64,000 nt of DNA. Source: Blastocatellia bacterium (GTDB lineage: Bacteria; Acidobacteriota; Blastocatellia; RBC074). Location: contig JAYVZE010000049.1 in assembly GCA_043783625.1 (NCBI GenBank), forward strand, positions 32,656 to 96,655, given 5' to 3'. Shown here in pieces: positions 9,914-21,320 of the stretch. The translations under genes were made by a program, and so were the position numbers. The first letter of the stretch is position 1. Every line of letters starts with the position of its first letter. A model generated the notes under the pieces. That model saw only the letters and a program-made list of their open reading frames with translations, was not told the origin of the DNA and made no database searches.

Positions 9914-11951
9914 GATTAACGAAATGGATACAACGCTTGATGCGCTGCTGAATCAGCATTTTGCCGGACGCGTCGTGCGCAAAGACCTGACCAAACTGGT
10001 CAAGGAAGGCGCGAATGTTCCGGTGTATGTGCTGGAATATTTGCTTGGCACTTATTGCGCCTCAAATGATGAAGCTGTCATTCAAGACGGGTTGCAGACA
10101 GTCAAACGGGTGCTGGCGGAAAACTATGTACGCCCTGATGAAGCCGAGAAAACAAAATCCATCATTCGTGAACGTGGCAGCCTGAAAATCATTGATAAAG
10201 TCACCGTGACATTGAATGAACGCCGCGACGTATACGAAGCGCTGCTGGCGAATTTGGGGGTGAAAGGGATTGAAGTAAACAGCGGCTATGTGAAGAAATA
10301 TGAAAAGCTGCTGGCGGGTGGTATTTGGTGCATTGCCACGCTTGAATATTTTTATGAGGAAGACCAGAAGGGGTCGCCATTTGTCCTGCGCGAATTGAAA
10401 CCAATTCAAATGCCGAATTTGGATTTGGAAGAATTGTTTGCAGGTCGCCGCGCCTTCACCGAAGAGCAATGGATTGACGTGCTGTTGCGTTCGACGGGAA
10501 TGGAACCTGCCAATTTTTCTGAACGCGTGAAATGGCATTTGCTGGCGAGGATGATTCCACTCGTAGAGAATAATTACAACTGTTGCGAATTGGGGCCGCG
10601 CGGAACAGGAAAAAGTCATATTTATAAAGAAATCAGCCCGAATAGCATTTTGGTTTCCGGTGGTCAGACGACCGTCGCAAACTTGTTTTATAACATGTCA
10701 CGGCGTGTGGTTGGTTTAGTGGGGGTGTGGGATGTCGTCGCCTTTGATGAAGTTGCAGGCATTTCTTTCAAAGATAAAGACGGTGTCCAGATCATGAAAG
10801 ATTACATGGCTTCGGGATCATTTGCACGAGGCCGTGATGCCATTAATGCGTATGCCTCAATGGTATTCGTCGGCAATATTAACCAGCCGGTTGAGACGCT
10901 TGTCAAAACCAGTCATCTGTTTGCGCCCTTTCCTGAAACAATGATTGATGCTGCCTTCTTTGATCGCTTCCACGCCTATCTTCCCGGCTGGGAAATTCCC
11001 AAAATGCGCCCGGAATTTTTTACGAATCAATATGGATTGATTGTGGATTATCTGGCGGAATGGTTCCGCGAAATGCGCAAACGTAATTGCGGCGATGCCA
11101 TCAATAAATATTTCAAACTGGGGCGCGACCTGAATCAACGCGACTCCATTGCCGTCAAAAGAACTGTCTCTGGTCTGCTAAAACTGCTCTATCCAGAGGA
11201 GGATTATAATAAAGAAGCAGTGCGCCGTTGTTTGGAATACGCCTTAGAATCGCGTCGCCGCGTCAAAGAGCAATTGAAGAAAATTGGCGGGATGGAATTT
11301 TACGATGTTCATTTTTCTTATCTTGCTCAGGAAACATTAGAAGAAAAATTCATCAGTATTCCAGAGCAAGGCGGTGGTTCGTTAATACCGGAAGGTGCGT
11401 TAAATCCCGGCGTTATACATACGGTTGCGACCGGAAGCGGTGGACATCTGGGATTATTTCGATTGGAAACACAAGTCACCGCAGGCAATGGAAGTTTGAA
11501 AATGTCCGGGCTGGGATCAAATAGCGCAGCTAAGGAAGCGATTAAAGTTGGCTTCGATTATTTTAAGGCGAATGCTTCACGCCTCAGAACATCTATCAAA
11601 CCAGGTGAGCATGATTATCATCTGCACATCGTCGAGCTTCATAATTCTGGCGCGACAAACTCCCTCACAATGCTGACCTTGATTGCCCTTTGTTCTGCTG
11701 TCTTGTCAAAATCAGTTCAGTCACAAATTGTTGTGCTGGGCAACATGAGTCTGGGCGGCAATATTCTCTCAGTTGAAAATTTGGCAGAGTCATTGCAAGT
11801 CGCTTTGGACGCAGGCGCAAAACGTATTCTGTTACCGATGGCAAGTGTGCGAGACATTCCGACGATTCCAGGCGAGCTCTTTGCAAAATTCCAAACGAGT
11901 TTTTATGCCGACCCTACTGATGCTGTTTTTAAGGCGTTAGGCGTTGAATAA
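9903..11951 (+). CDS. brxL: BREX Lon-like protein BrxL
   Basis: GRVVRKDL, ANVPVYVLEYLLG, ELGPRGTGKS Walker A, VAFDEVAG, C-terminal Lon-like domain. Confidence 0.95.
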   Translation: MTSEINEMDTTLDALLNQHFAGRVVRKDLTKLVKEGANVPVYVLEYLLGTYCASNDEAVIQDGLQTVKRVLAENYVRPDEAEKTKSIIRERGSLKIIDKVTVTLNERRDVYEALLANLGVKGIEVNSGYVKKYEKLLAGGIWCIATLEYFYEEDQKGSPFVLRELKPIQMPNLDLEELFAGRRAFTEEQWIDVLLRSTGMEPANFSERVKWHLLARMIPLVENNYNCCELGPRGTGKSHIYKEISPNSILVSGGQTTVANLFYNMSRRVVGLVGVWDVVAFDEVAGISFKDKDGVQIMKDYMASGSFARGRDAINAYASMVFVGNINQPVETLVKTSHLFAPFPETMIDAAFFDRFHAYLPGWEIPKMRPEFFTNQYGLIVDYLAEWFREMRKRNCGDAINKYFKLGRDLNQRDSIAVKRTVSGLLKLLYPEEDYNKEAVRRCLEYALESRRRVKEQLKKIGGMEFYDVHFSYLAQETLEEKFISIPEQGGGSLIPEGALNPGVIHTVATGSGGHLGLFRLETQVTAGNGSLKMSGLGSNSAAKEAIKVGFDYFKANASRLRTSIKPGEHDYHLHIVELHNSGATNSLTMLTLIALCSAVLSKSVQSQIVVLGNMSLGGNILSVENLAESLQVALDAGAKRILLPMASVRDIPTIPGELFAKFQTSFYADPTDAVFKALGVE

Positions 11952-11957
11952 TTACGC

Positions 11958-13826
11958 CTACTCCACTGTCACCGACTTCGCTAAATTCCTCGGCTGATCT
12001 ACGTCACATCCTCTTCTGACCGCGATGTGATATGCCAGCAATTGCATGGGGATTGTTGCCAGCACAGGCGAGAGCAATTCGCTGGATGGTGGGACTTCAA
12101 TTGTGAAGGAAGCCATGTCGCGGGTGTCGGTGTCGCCTTCGGTGACGATGGCGACGACGATGCCGTCGCGGGCGCGGACTTCCTGAATATTCGACAGGGT
12201 TTTTTCGTAGCGCAGTTTGGATTTTTCGTCATCGGAATCAAGCGTATTGATGACGACTACGGGCAGGCGCGAATCAATCAACGCGTTCGGTCCATGCTTC
12301 ATTTCTCCGGCGGCGTAGCCTTCCGCGTGGATGTAGGAAATTTCTTTCAGCTTTAATGCGCCTTCGAGCGCAATCGGGAAATTGACGCCGCGACCGAGAT
12401 AGAGGAAATCGCTCGACAGCACAAAATGTTTCGAGAGGTCTTCGTAATCAATGCTCGGATCGTTGAGCAATTTTTCCATCTTCACAGGCAATTCAGACAA
12501 ATGACGAACGTGCCATTTTAATTGGTCTTCGGTGAGCGTACCGCGTTCTTGCGCGAGATACAGCGCGAACAAATACGCCGCGACCATTTGCGAAGTGAAG
12601 GCTTTGGTGGAGGCTACGCCAATTTCCGGGCCGGCGTGCGTGTAAATTGTGCCGTCGGCTTCGCGTGTCATCATTGCGCCTTGCACGTTGCAAATGGCGA
12701 TGGAGCGACAGGCTTTTTCTTTGGCTTCACGCAAGGCTGCGAGCGTGTCCGCCGTTTCGCCGCTTTGCGAAATCACCATCATCAAAGTACTCGGCGTCAG
12801 GATCGGATTGCGATAGCGAAATTCCGAGGCGTAATCAACCTCGACGGGGACGCGTGCGAGTTCTTCGATAAAATATTTGGCAACTAATGCCGCGTGCCAG
12901 GCTGTGCCGCAGGCGGCGATTTTGATGTCGCTGAAGCTGCGGAAATACGCGGCGGGAATATTGATTTCATCCAGGTAAACTTTGCCCGTATCAAGTGACA
13001 CGCGATTTTGTGTGGTGTCACGAACGGCGCGTGGTTGCTCATAAATTTCCTTGAGCATGAAATGTTTGAAGCCACCTTTTTCCGCTTGAATCGGATCCCA
13101 CGTGATGCGCTGAACATCAGGTTTGACAGGTTTATTATTGCTGTCTTCGACCTTCACACCTTCGCGTGTCAGTACTGCCATTTCACCATCGCCGAGAAAA
13201 AACATGTTCCGTGTGTGCTGCAAAATCGCAGGGATGTCCGAAGCTACAAAAGACTCACCTTCGCCGAGTCCAATCACGACAGGAGGGCCTAAACGTGCGG
13301 CAACAAGCTTATTTGGTTCGTCAGCGGAAATCGCGACGAGCGCGTAAATGCCGCGAATTTCTTTGAGTGTGGCACGAAATGCGCCTTCCAAGCCAAGCTC
13401 AGGATTGTGACGCAGATGCTTTTCGATGAGGTGCGCAATGACTTCGGTGTCAGTTTCGGATTGAAAGCGATGATCGTTTTTTTGCAGCTCGCGTTTGAGT
13501 TCGAGGTAGTTTTCGATGATGCCGTTATGGACGACGCAAATGCGTCCATCACTGGAACGATGCGGATGCGCATTCTCTTCGGTTGGGCGTCCGTGCGTCG
13601 CCCAGCGCGTATGACCCAAGCCGTAATCACCTTCAATCGGATTTTTTGCCAGAACGGTTTCGAGGTTGCGCAATTTGCCTTCGGCGCGACGCACATGCAT
13701 TTCGCCAGCCTGATTGACGACGGCGATTCCGGCTGAATCATAGCCGCGATATTCCAATTTTCTCAGACCTTCGATGACAACGTCTACCACTTGCTGACTC
13801 CCGACATACCCAACGATTCCGCACAT
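11958..13826 (-). CDS. glmS: Glutamine-fructose-6-phosphate transaminase
   Basis: MCGIVG N-terminus, [32 protein letters not shown]-terminus. Confidence 0.99.
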   Translation of the reverse strand: MCGIVGYVGSQQVVDVVIEGLRKLEYRGYDSAGIAVVNQAGEMHVRRAEGKLRNLETVLAKNPIEGDYGLGHTRWATHGRPTEENAHPHRSSDGRICVVHNGIIENYLELKRELQKNDHRFQSETDTEVIAHLIEKHLRHNPELGLEGAFRATLKEIRGIYALVAISADEPNKLVAARLGPPVVIGLGEGESFVASDIPAILQHTRNMFFLGDGEMAVLTREGVKVEDSNNKPVKPDVQRITWDPIQAEKGGFKHFMLKEIYEQPRAVRDTTQNRVSLDTGKVYLDEINIPAAYFRSFSDIKIAACGTAWHAALVAKYFIEELARVPVEVDYASEFRYRNPILTPSTLMMVISQSGETADTLAALREAKEKACRSIAICNVQGAMMTREADGTIYTHAGPEIGVASTKAFTSQMVAAYLFALYLAQERGTLTEDQLKWHVRHLSELPVKMEKLLNDPSIDYEDLSKHFVLSSDFLYLGRGVNFPIALEGALKLKEISYIHAEGYAAGEMKHGPNALIDSRLPVVVINTLDSDDEKSKLRYEKTLSNIQEVRARDGIVVAIVTEGDTDTRDMASFTIEVPPSSELLSPVLATIPMQLLAYHIAVRRGCDVDQPRNLAKSVTVE

Positions 13827-13866
13827 AAAAACTCCTCACAATCAAACAGATATTTCTTTTGCTTTA

Positions 13867-14646
13867 TCAAGACTTTTGCTCAATAAACTGAAACTGAAAT
13901 TCCTTCACATAATGACTTAAGTAACAAAGCAAGGCATAGATAAAAATCAGAATTCCAGTCATTTCCAAAGATTCTTCAATAATTGTTTCGGCGACATATT
14001 GAAGCGATTCCAGCCCGTATACTTTTCGGATATGTCCGCCCACCATTTCCATTCCGGCGGCTCCGGTAATAAAAACACCTCCGCCTGCAATAAAAAGCCA
14101 ACGAAACTTAGCGGGCAAATCCCACAAGAATCGGAGGTAAAGCGCACCCACAATCGGCACGATCATGACCGCTAAAAGAACCCAGGCATAATAAAAATAA
14201 CCATCTGTTCCAAAAACAGCTCGCAACGGTATGATGGTCATTTCGTGCAATTCAACACCTTCGTCGAGCGCGAGATAAAAGAAGAATCCCGCCAGACACC
14301 ACCAGTGTCGAGCAAACGGATTTTTCATTTTACTGGCTGCCTGCGCAATCATTGCCAGTAAGCCGACGCAGAGGAAAAAACTGAGTGTCTGGTAGAGATT
14401 GGGAACGTTGAATTCACCATCCAGATCGAATTTATCCATCAACCACCAGAGGTGTTTCAGGCGCATGACTTCTTCGCCTAATGATAATCTAAGCGACTGT
14501 ACCGCTATTCCGAGTACGATCAGTAATGAAACTAACCCCGAAAGGACTCGGATGATTTTTTGCGGTGAAATACGAAATGAAACGGCTGTTACCGTTCTTG
14601 CAAAAGGATTTTCTTGATTAACATTGCTAACTGTCTCCAGAATCAT
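13867..14646 (-). CDS. Hypothetical multi-pass membrane protein
   Basis: Several hydrophobic segments; FDLDGEFNVP, LALDEGVELHE, IEESLEM motifs. Confidence 0.75.
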   Translation of the reverse strand: MILETVSNVNQENPFARTVTAVSFRISPQKIIRVLSGLVSLLIVLGIAVQSLRLSLGEEVMRLKHLWWLMDKFDLDGEFNVPNLYQTLSFFLCVGLLAMIAQAASKMKNPFARHWWCLAGFFFYLALDEGVELHEMTIIPLRAVFGTDGYFYYAWVLLAVMIVPIVGALYLRFLWDLPAKFRWLFIAGGGVFITGAAGMEMVGGHIRKVYGLESLQYVAETIIEESLEMTGILIFIYALLCYLSHYVKEFQFQFIEQKS

Positions 14647-14680
14647 TTTTTTCCTTAACCGGGTGCCATAGATTGAATAC

Positions 14681-16060
14681 TTATTTTAATTTTTTCTTAA
14701 CTTTGGCAGGAACGCCTGCGACCAATGAATCTTCGGGAACGTCATCAATAATGACTGAACCTGCGGCGGATATTGAACCACGTCCGACTTTTACCGGAGC
14801 CACCAGCATCGTGTCCGAACCAATTTTCACATCGTCTTCAATAAAAGTCGGGTTTTTATTCTTGCCGTCGTAATTACAAGTTACCGTACCCGCACCAATA
14901 TTGACACGCTCGCCAATCGTGGCATCACCCAAATAGGTCAGGTGCATAGATTTCGATTTGCGTCCAAGTTTAGTTTTCTTAAGTTCGACGAAATTACCAA
15001 CGACGGCGGCTTCATCCAGCACAGAGTGCATTCGCAAATGCGCAAACGGCCCGACTTTATTATTGGCAGTGAGTTTGCTGTTAATCAGAACGCAGGAATT
15101 ATTCACCGTGCATTCATCGCCGATTTCGACGTTGGTCAGATGCGACCACGAATGAATTTCACACTGACTGCCAATCTGCGAAGCACCTTCGATAATGACT
15201 TGTGGATGGATGATGGTGTCGCGCCCGATTTGCACTTCAACGTCAATGTAGGTCGAAGCGGGATCAACAATCGTGACGCCTTCGGTCATCAGCGCATCCA
15301 ATTTTTCACGGCGGAGTTTATTCCAGCCCAGCGCAATTTCAGCCCGATTATTAAAGCCCTGTAACTCCATTTCATCATCGTGCAAAACGGTTCCGACGGC
15401 TTTGTCAGCGGAGCGTAAAATTTCAGGAACATCAGTTAAGTAATATTCACCTTGTGCGTTTTTCGTAGTCAGCCGATCAAGTGTCGGAAGCAATGCCTGA
15501 ATATCAAAGCAGTAAAATCCGGGATTTACTTCTTTGATTAATTTTTGTTCAGGAGTGCAATCTTTATCTTCGACAATTTTAGCAAATTGCCCGGTTTCAT
15601 CGCGGACGATCCGACCATACGCGGGCGGTGCTTCCATTTTCATGGTGATGAGCGTCGCGGCATTTTGCTCAGATTCATGAGTGGTTTTCAGTTTTTGCAA
15701 AGTCGAAGCTTTGACGAGCGGCGCGTCACCGTAGCTAACGATTAAAGCTCCAGTGGCTTTTTCCAGAACTTCGCGGGCACTCATGACAGCGTGCCCCGTA
15801 CCTTTTTGTTCGGTTTGCAGGACGAACACCAACCGTTCAGCCATGTCAGGATCAAGTGCAGCGCGGGAAGCGGCTTCGACCTGTTCGGCTTGATGCCCGA
15901 TAACGACAATTATTTTTTCGGGATTGAGCCGGGCAGCAGTACGCAGGACGTGTGCAATCATGGGCTGACTGCCAAGTTTATGCAGGACTTTGGCCTGATC
16001 GCTTTTCATGCGCGTGCCGAGTCCGGCAGCTAAAATCAAAACGTTAATGGGCTGGCTCAC
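14681..16060 (-). CDS. glmU: Bifunctional UDP-GlcNAc pyrophosphorylase / GlcN-1-P acetyltransferase
   Basis: [31 protein letters not shown], hexapeptide repeats. Confidence 0.98.
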   Translation of the reverse strand: MSQPINVLILAAGLGTRMKSDQAKVLHKLGSQPMIAHVLRTAARLNPEKIIVVIGHQAEQVEAASRAALDPDMAERLVFVLQTEQKGTGHAVMSAREVLEKATGALIVSYGDAPLVKASTLQKLKTTHESEQNAATLITMKMEAPPAYGRIVRDETGQFAKIVEDKDCTPEQKLIKEVNPGFYCFDIQALLPTLDRLTTKNAQGEYYLTDVPEILRSADKAVGTVLHDDEMELQGFNNRAEIALGWNKLRREKLDALMTEGVTIVDPASTYIDVEVQIGRDTIIHPQVIIEGASQIGSQCEIHSWSHLTNVEIGDECTVNNSCVLINSKLTANNKVGPFAHLRMHSVLDEAAVVGNFVELKKTKLGRKSKSMHLTYLGDATIGERVNIGAGTVTCNYDGKNKNPTFIEDDVKIGSDTMLVAPVKVGRGSISAAGSVIIDDVPEDSLVAGVPAKVKKKLK

Positions 16061-16152
16061 TGAATTTTTCCTCGTGGATAGGTACTAATTGGGGTTTTTA
16101 GGAATATGAATGCAATTATTTGAACCGAAACGGGGAATTGCAGGGCATCAGC

Positions 16153-17205
16153 TCAAGCTTCGCTATTATATTGAATTTCAAAAATTGCGCGAGCTAAATT
16201 TGCAGGATTATGACGAACCGAGCGCGCTTCGGCTGCCAGAGGGGACAAGACAAACTTTACTTTGCCACAGTCCGAGTGATTTTTAGCAGGTGGCTCCAAC
16301 ATCATGGCATATTCTTCCGCATAGAGTTCACGCATGGCAGGTGAAATGGGAGCCGAATTAAAAATCGCATAATCCAATTGTAACTTCGGGCAATTTTTCA
16401 TTAATTGTATCAGGTGGTCTTCGGCGGATAAGCCGTCCGTTTCATCAGCTTCGGTCATGATATTACAGATGTAAATCTTTGTGGCTTTTGATTGAGTAAT
16501 GGCTTCGGTGATTCCGTCTATCAAAAGATTTGGCAAAATACTGGTAAATAACGATCCGGGGCCGAGCGTAATCACATCAGCAGCGAGAATTGCTTCGACC
16601 GCTTCAGGCAAAGCTTTGGCGTTGTGTGGTGTGACTTTTAGCTTTTCAATCGGAAGTCCGCGCAAGGCATTCAACGCTTTGATGGCGCGTTGTCCGTACG
16701 CCGTTTGATTTCCAACCTGTGCTTCTAAATCCACCGAATCTAAAGTTGAAGGCAAGACCCGTGCGGAACAGCCTAATAAATCACTGGCTTTATCAATCGC
16801 CTCCAGAAAATTTCCGGTCATTTGGGTCAGAGCTACAATGATTAAATTGCCCAGCGAATGTCCTCCGAGCGAGCCGTTGCCGGTGAAGCGATGTTTGAAG
16901 AGGTTTTTTATTGAGCGATCATCACGCGCCAGTGCGACTAAACAATTGCGCAAATCACCGGGCGGTAAAATATCGAATTCAGAGCGTAAACGTCCTGAAC
17001 TTTTACCGTCATCCGTGACGGTCACGATGGCTGTTAATGAAACCTCTTTGTTTTTGAAGGGATGCGCTCGTTCTTCGGTTAAGTCCAGTTGCGGCGTGTC
17101 ATCAGCACGTTGTGCAGCGTTCAGATAAGGCTTGAGTCCGGTCAGTAAAGTTGATAAGCCCGTTCCGCCGCCGATTGCTACAAGTTTAAATGACTCGGAT
17201 TTCAT
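16153..17205 (-). CDS. yvcK: YvcK/GlmR family (UPF0052) UDP-GlcNAc-binding protein
   Basis: IGGGTGL, VTVTDDGKSSG, PPGDLRNC, GHSLGNL, GPGSLFTSILPNL. Confidence 0.92.
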   Translation of the reverse strand: MKSESFKLVAIGGGTGLSTLLTGLKPYLNAAQRADDTPQLDLTEERAHPFKNKEVSLTAIVTVTDDGKSSGRLRSEFDILPPGDLRNCLVALARDDRSIKNLFKHRFTGNGSLGGHSLGNLIIVALTQMTGNFLEAIDKASDLLGCSARVLPSTLDSVDLEAQVGNQTAYGQRAIKALNALRGLPIEKLKVTPHNAKALPEAVEAILAADVITLGPGSLFTSILPNLLIDGITEAITQSKATKIYICNIMTEADETDGLSAEDHLIQLMKNCPKLQLDYAIFNSAPISPAMRELYAEEYAMMLEPPAKNHSDCGKVKFVLSPLAAEARSVRHNPANLARAIFEIQYNSEA

Positions 17206-17215
17206 GAGCTTCAGA

Positions 17216-17566
17216 TTACTGGCGGTGTGTGCAGGTTTTTGTATTCAGGCATTCGTCGTTAAGTTGTAGGCGCGTGACAGGTTTGCCGTTAACGAGGTGG
17301 GATTCAACAATTTCGGAGATGTCTTCGGCAGTAATTCCACCGTACCAAACTGCTTCAGGATAAATCACCATGACTGGGCCGTGTTCACATTGATCAAGAC
17401 AGCCGGCTTTGTTGGCTCTGACTGCACCTTTCAAGCCGCGTTTGGAAAGTTCCTGCTTGAATTTCAGTTGTAAATCTCCCAGTCCGGTCGCATCACAGCA
17501 CCCGCGCGGATTTTCCGGCGGACGCTGATTCGTGCAAATAAAAATATGATGAGTAAATTTCGGCAT
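17216..17566 (-). CDS. Thioredoxin-like [2Fe-2S] ferredoxin
   Basis: HIFICTNQR...RGCC...RANKAGCLDQCEHGP...YPEAVWY. Confidence 0.9.
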   Translation of the reverse strand: MPKFTHHIFICTNQRPPENPRGCCDATGLGDLQLKFKQELSKRGLKGAVRANKAGCLDQCEHGPVMVIYPEAVWYGGITAEDISEIVESHLVNGKPVTRLQLNDECLNTKTCTHRQ

Positions 17567-17886
17567 TTTTTAGCAACAAAACTAAATTCAGGCTTTGGGG
17601 CAAGCTCCGATAAAAGATGCGACAGTGTGCCTTAGTCATTCGATTTCGGTCAAGTTCTTTTCGCTGGAAAGATTAGCCAAAAATAATCTCAGCGCAAGCC
17701 AACCTTGAAGAGCGAATTGCAACTAATAATTTGGGAAAATCGTTAATTCAGAAGTGTCAGGCTGAAAATGAAGAGTTTGACACAATTCTTCGATAAAGAA
17801 GCAACAGTCGCTCGTTAAGATTTGCGGCAAAGTGGTCAAAGTGAATTAATAATTTATTTTCTGATTTTTCTGAGAAGGAGTAAATC

Positions 17887-18153
17887 ATGCAATTGAGCGT
17901 CTCGAACGATACTTTGAGAAAAGTGAATAGCTTGCCGGACAAGAAGCGCGCTAAGGTCATCAGCATTGTGCGGCGGCATTTGAAAGCTTGTGAGAAAAAT
18001 GGCTGCCCACTCGAAAATCTTGATCGGGTCTATTTAGAAGCCATAGAAGTCGCTGAAATGGAAATGAAATTCCCGGAAATGGAAAAAGTAAAAACTCATA
18101 GTTGGGAACCAGCGCGGCATTATGACCAATACATTAGTCCAAAAGCGGCGTAG
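17887..18153 (+). CDS. Small hypothetical protein
   Basis: AAGGAG RBS upstream, 88-aa ORF, followed by a terminator. Confidence 0.7.
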   Translation: MQLSVSNDTLRKVNSLPDKKRAKVISIVRRHLKACEKNGCPLENLDRVYLEAIEVAEMEMKFPEMEKVKTHSWEPARHYDQYISPKAA

Positions 18154-18184
18154 TATTGGATATTTTTGTCTCCTGTTAAGTGGT

Positions 18185-18221
18185 GACAGAGGGCGCTTCA
18201 CCTAGGGCGTCCTCTGTTTTT
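18185..18221 (+). terminator. Intrinsic terminator
   Basis: GACAGAGGGCGC...GCGTCCTCTGTT followed by T-tract. Confidence 0.75.
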
Positions 18222-18337
18222 CTCTCGTTGCCTTGCCAGACTTTGTTTCGGCAGCGGTTTTGTCGTTCGACAACGTGATAGCCTCTCGGCTATAATCTCA
18301 TCCCTTCTTTAATCTTTACATCCACGTTGCACAGAAG

Positions 18338-20626
18338 TTGGCAGCGTGTCGTTATCAGAGGAGTCATCATAAAGTGAAAGCTTTGGCACGTTTACTCAGC
18401 ATTATGGCAGTGTTCTGCCTTTCAGGTTATCTCATTTCGGTGCAAGCGCAATATGCGCAAACTTCTGACGAGGTTTCCATTTTTCCGGTCACTAATATTA
18501 CTGATACTGCTGTCACGGCGGTACGCGGCGTCAGCGATGATGGCAAGCGCGTTTTGTTTGAATCCGCTGCCAACATTACTGGTAATAATGCAGACCTGAA
18601 CCCTGAAGTTTATATTTACGACATAGATAAGCGAACGGCAATCCAGATCACCAATACAAAAAATATTGTTGATCCGACCGATTCCGCCAAGATTCTGCTC
18701 AGGGTTTCCAACCACAATGCGGCCCTCAGCGGTGACGGTACGAAGATTGTATTTTCATCGAATAGCTCTGAGCTGGCGGGAGCGAATGCTGATGGAAATC
18801 AGGAAATCTTTCTGGCAACATTGCCATTGAATAGTACCGCAGCATTTTTTCAGCGCATTACGACGACACAAGGCTCGACGACAGCCACAAACCAAATTCA
18901 GGTCTTTGACAATATCTATCCGACGATTAACTCAAATGGGTCATTAATCGGCTTTGTCAGTAATCGTAACGCTGCCACTGGTTTGACCGGAGTTGTGAAT
19001 CCCGATGTGATTGCTCAGATTATTCTTTACAACACAACAACCGGAGCTTTTACGCAGGTCACAACCAAAAACGAAGCGGAAGGAATTGACAGTACTTTTG
19101 CTTTCAAAGGTTTCAATTTAAACCCGCAACTCAGTGGTGACGGAAGTACATTGATTTTTACTTCAGGAATGAATCATGCGCCGACTTCGACGATTAATAA
19201 TGCTGATCTCAACGGTGAAGTTTTCATTTATAACGTAGCGACCAAAGTCATTACGCAACTGACGAATACTTCCGGCTTTGCGGGCTATCCCGCGACGGTT
19301 AATCAAACCGGTACAGCTTTAGTACCGGATCAGCCGGTTAATTTTTTCAATCAAAATACCAAGCACATTAGCAACGACGGTAATTTGATTGTGATTGAAT
19401 CCGCCGGGGATTTGGAATCGGGTAAAAATACTGACAAAACGCGTGAAGTCTTTATCTATAACCGGACAACTGCGAAATTTACACAAATCACCGCTAATGC
19501 CAATCTTCCGGCAGTTCCGGTTGCGGCTGACCTGCCGAAGATTGATTACAACTTTACGCCAGGGATCAGCCCGAATGGAAAGTTTGTTTTTATTTCTTCA
19601 ATTCTGAATATTGTTCCTGTAGCAACGGGCGTTACCAGTACTGTTTTGAACGACAATGCTGACGCCAGCCGTGAGGTTTTTCGTTACGAAGTGGCAACTG
19701 CAAAGATCAGGCAAATCACCTACACACCCGTGTCGCCGCGTGTGCTGGATCAACGAGAAGCCTTATTGATGGTGAATTCTAACGCTGCGGGGACAGAAAT
19801 ATTTTTCACGGATGATGTGAATTTGACGGGGAATAATGGCGATACGTCATTTGAAGTTGTGCGCGCTGTTATCCGTCCTGTGACCGAATCGAATGCTGTC
19901 GTCGCAGCGATGGTCAATGGTGCTAGTTTTATTTCACCTGATTCGACAACTCCGGCGTCAAATCCAATTGCCAGTGGGTCTATCGCGTCAATTTTTGGCA
20001 CACGGCTGGCGAATTCTTCGACTGCGACGACGCGCTCAGATTTGGATTATCAACTGAATGGTGTCAGCGTCACCATCAGCGGAATTGCTACCAAATTGTT
20101 TTATGTTTCGCCCGGACAAGTCAACTTTCTAGTGCCTGAAGGTTTTGGCGCAGGCGATAATGTTGACTTCGTTGTCAATAATAATGGTGTCTTATCAGCG
20201 GGGAAATTCAAACTATTAAATTCTTCTCCGGGGATTTTTACCGTGACAAGTGATGGCAAAGGAGCTGGTTCTGTTGGTTGTCAAATTGTGACTAAAGACG
20301 TAGCTGGCGTAGTGCTTGGAACCTCTTACCCGAATCCGCCTTGTCAGGTCAGCACGACTTTAATTGATAGTTATTTATTAATTTATGGAACAGGATTCAG
20401 GTTCGCCGATACTGCTTCGGTAGTCGTCACGGTCATTGCGGCTGATGCGACAACTACGGATTACACCGTGATCTACGCTGGAACGCAGCAGTTTTTCCCT
20501 GGTTTGGATCAAATCAATTTATTACTGCCAGCAGATTTTCCGAAAGGAACACTCAATATCAAAGTTAAAGCGGCGACTTCCGGCACAGCGGTTGAAAGTA
20601 ATGTCTTTACAGTTGTAATTAACTAA
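18338..20626 (+). CDS. Secreted TolB-like beta-propeller protein with TIGR03437-like (Solibacter-type) C-terminal domain
   Basis: Signal peptide (start may be GTG 18374); repeated SxDGxxxxF/E(V/I)F..QIT blades; VNGASF, GSIASIFGT, YVSPGQVNF, PGLDQIN. Confidence 0.8.
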   Translation: MAACRYQRSHHKVKALARLLSIMAVFCLSGYLISVQAQYAQTSDEVSIFPVTNITDTAVTAVRGVSDDGKRVLFESAANITGNNADLNPEVYIYDIDKRTAIQITNTKNIVDPTDSAKILLRVSNHNAALSGDGTKIVFSSNSSELAGANADGNQEIFLATLPLNSTAAFFQRITTTQGSTTATNQIQVFDNIYPTINSNGSLIGFVSNRNAATGLTGVVNPDVIAQIILYNTTTGAFTQVTTKNEAEGIDSTFAFKGFNLNPQLSGDGSTLIFTSGMNHAPTSTINNADLNGEVFIYNVATKVITQLTNTSGFAGYPATVNQTGTALVPDQPVNFFNQNTKHISNDGNLIVIESAGDLESGKNTDKTREVFIYNRTTAKFTQITANANLPAVPVAADLPKIDYNFTPGISPNGKFVFISSILNIVPVATGVTSTVLNDNADASREVFRYEVATAKIRQITYTPVSPRVLDQREALLMVNSNAAGTEIFFTDDVNLTGNNGDTSFEVVRAVIRPVTESNAVVAAMVNGASFISPDSTTPASNPIASGSIASIFGTRLANSSTATTRSDLDYQLNGVSVTISGIATKLFYVSPGQVNFLVPEGFGAGDNVDFVVNNNGVLSAGKFKLLNSSPGIFTVTSDGKGAGSVGCQIVTKDVAGVVLGTSYPNPPCQVSTTLIDSYLLIYGTGFRFADTASVVVTVIAADATTTDYTVIYAGTQQFFPGLDQINLLLPADFPKGTLNIKVKAATSGTAVESNVFTVVIN

Positions 20627-20649
20627 ACAGTTGAAAGCAAAAGGTAGGT

Positions 20650-20682
20650 AAAAAGGCGTAGCCGATCAGGTTGCGCCTTTTT
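20650..20682. terminator. Bidirectional intrinsic terminator
   Basis: AAAAAGGCGTAGCC...GGTTGCGCCTTTTT between convergent genes. Confidence 0.8.
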
Positions 20683-20691
20683 ATTTGGATG

Positions 20692-21111
20692 CTAAAGAAT
20701 GAGCCGCCGCAATGCGCCCTGCCAGATAGCAGAATCCTCTGCCATCACTTTAATTCCATATTTATTGCCTTCTTCAGGATTTTCAATGTCTGCAATGCGA
20801 ATAACAATAGCGCAAATATGTGTATCCTCTTCTGGGTGAATGATCGTAATGATGACACGCTCTTCCCAGGTCAATTCCATCAACGTCTGAATCAGGATTC
20901 CCGTGACGCTGACATCCAGACTGCGCCCCATTCCTTTTTTTTCAGGAGTGGTGATGTGTAAATCAATTTCCGCCGGGATTCGCGCCACATATTTTCTACG
21001 TTCATCAACCAACGCTTCGCCTGGAGTCCAGACTGGTGGTATTTCAGTTGCGTCTTCCGTCACAACTTCTACGCTGATAAGGTTATTAAGGGGATCGTAG
21101 CTACTATTCAC
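20692..21111 (-). CDS. PilZ domain protein
   Basis: ERRKYVAR and DVSVTG motifs resemble the PilZ RxxxR and DxSxxG signatures. Confidence 0.8.
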   Translation of the reverse strand: MNSSYDPLNNLISVEVVTEDATEIPPVWTPGEALVDERRKYVARIPAEIDLHITTPEKKGMGRSLDVSVTGILIQTLMELTWEERVIITIIHPEEDTHICAIVIRIADIENPEEGNKYGIKVMAEDSAIWQGALRRLIL

Positions 21112-21320
21112 AAGTACCCTTTCGAGACAATTTTGGTGAAGGCCATCACGGTGGGGCTAATGAATTGGAGAGCCTGAGCGCAAAGAACTTTAACTCAGTT
21201 TTAGTGTAGCATAGCTTAGGAGTTGCGCCAGCATTAACTGTTGAAGATAATTGTATGGCAGCTTTGTTGCCCTGTTAGTTCCTTAACCTCTGGCTACGCC
21301 TTTTTTCAGGAGATCACTTC

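Noticed and set aside
13827-13866. glmS ribozyme
   Set aside because: Only 40 bp lie upstream of glmS before the next gene, and no consensus is visible.
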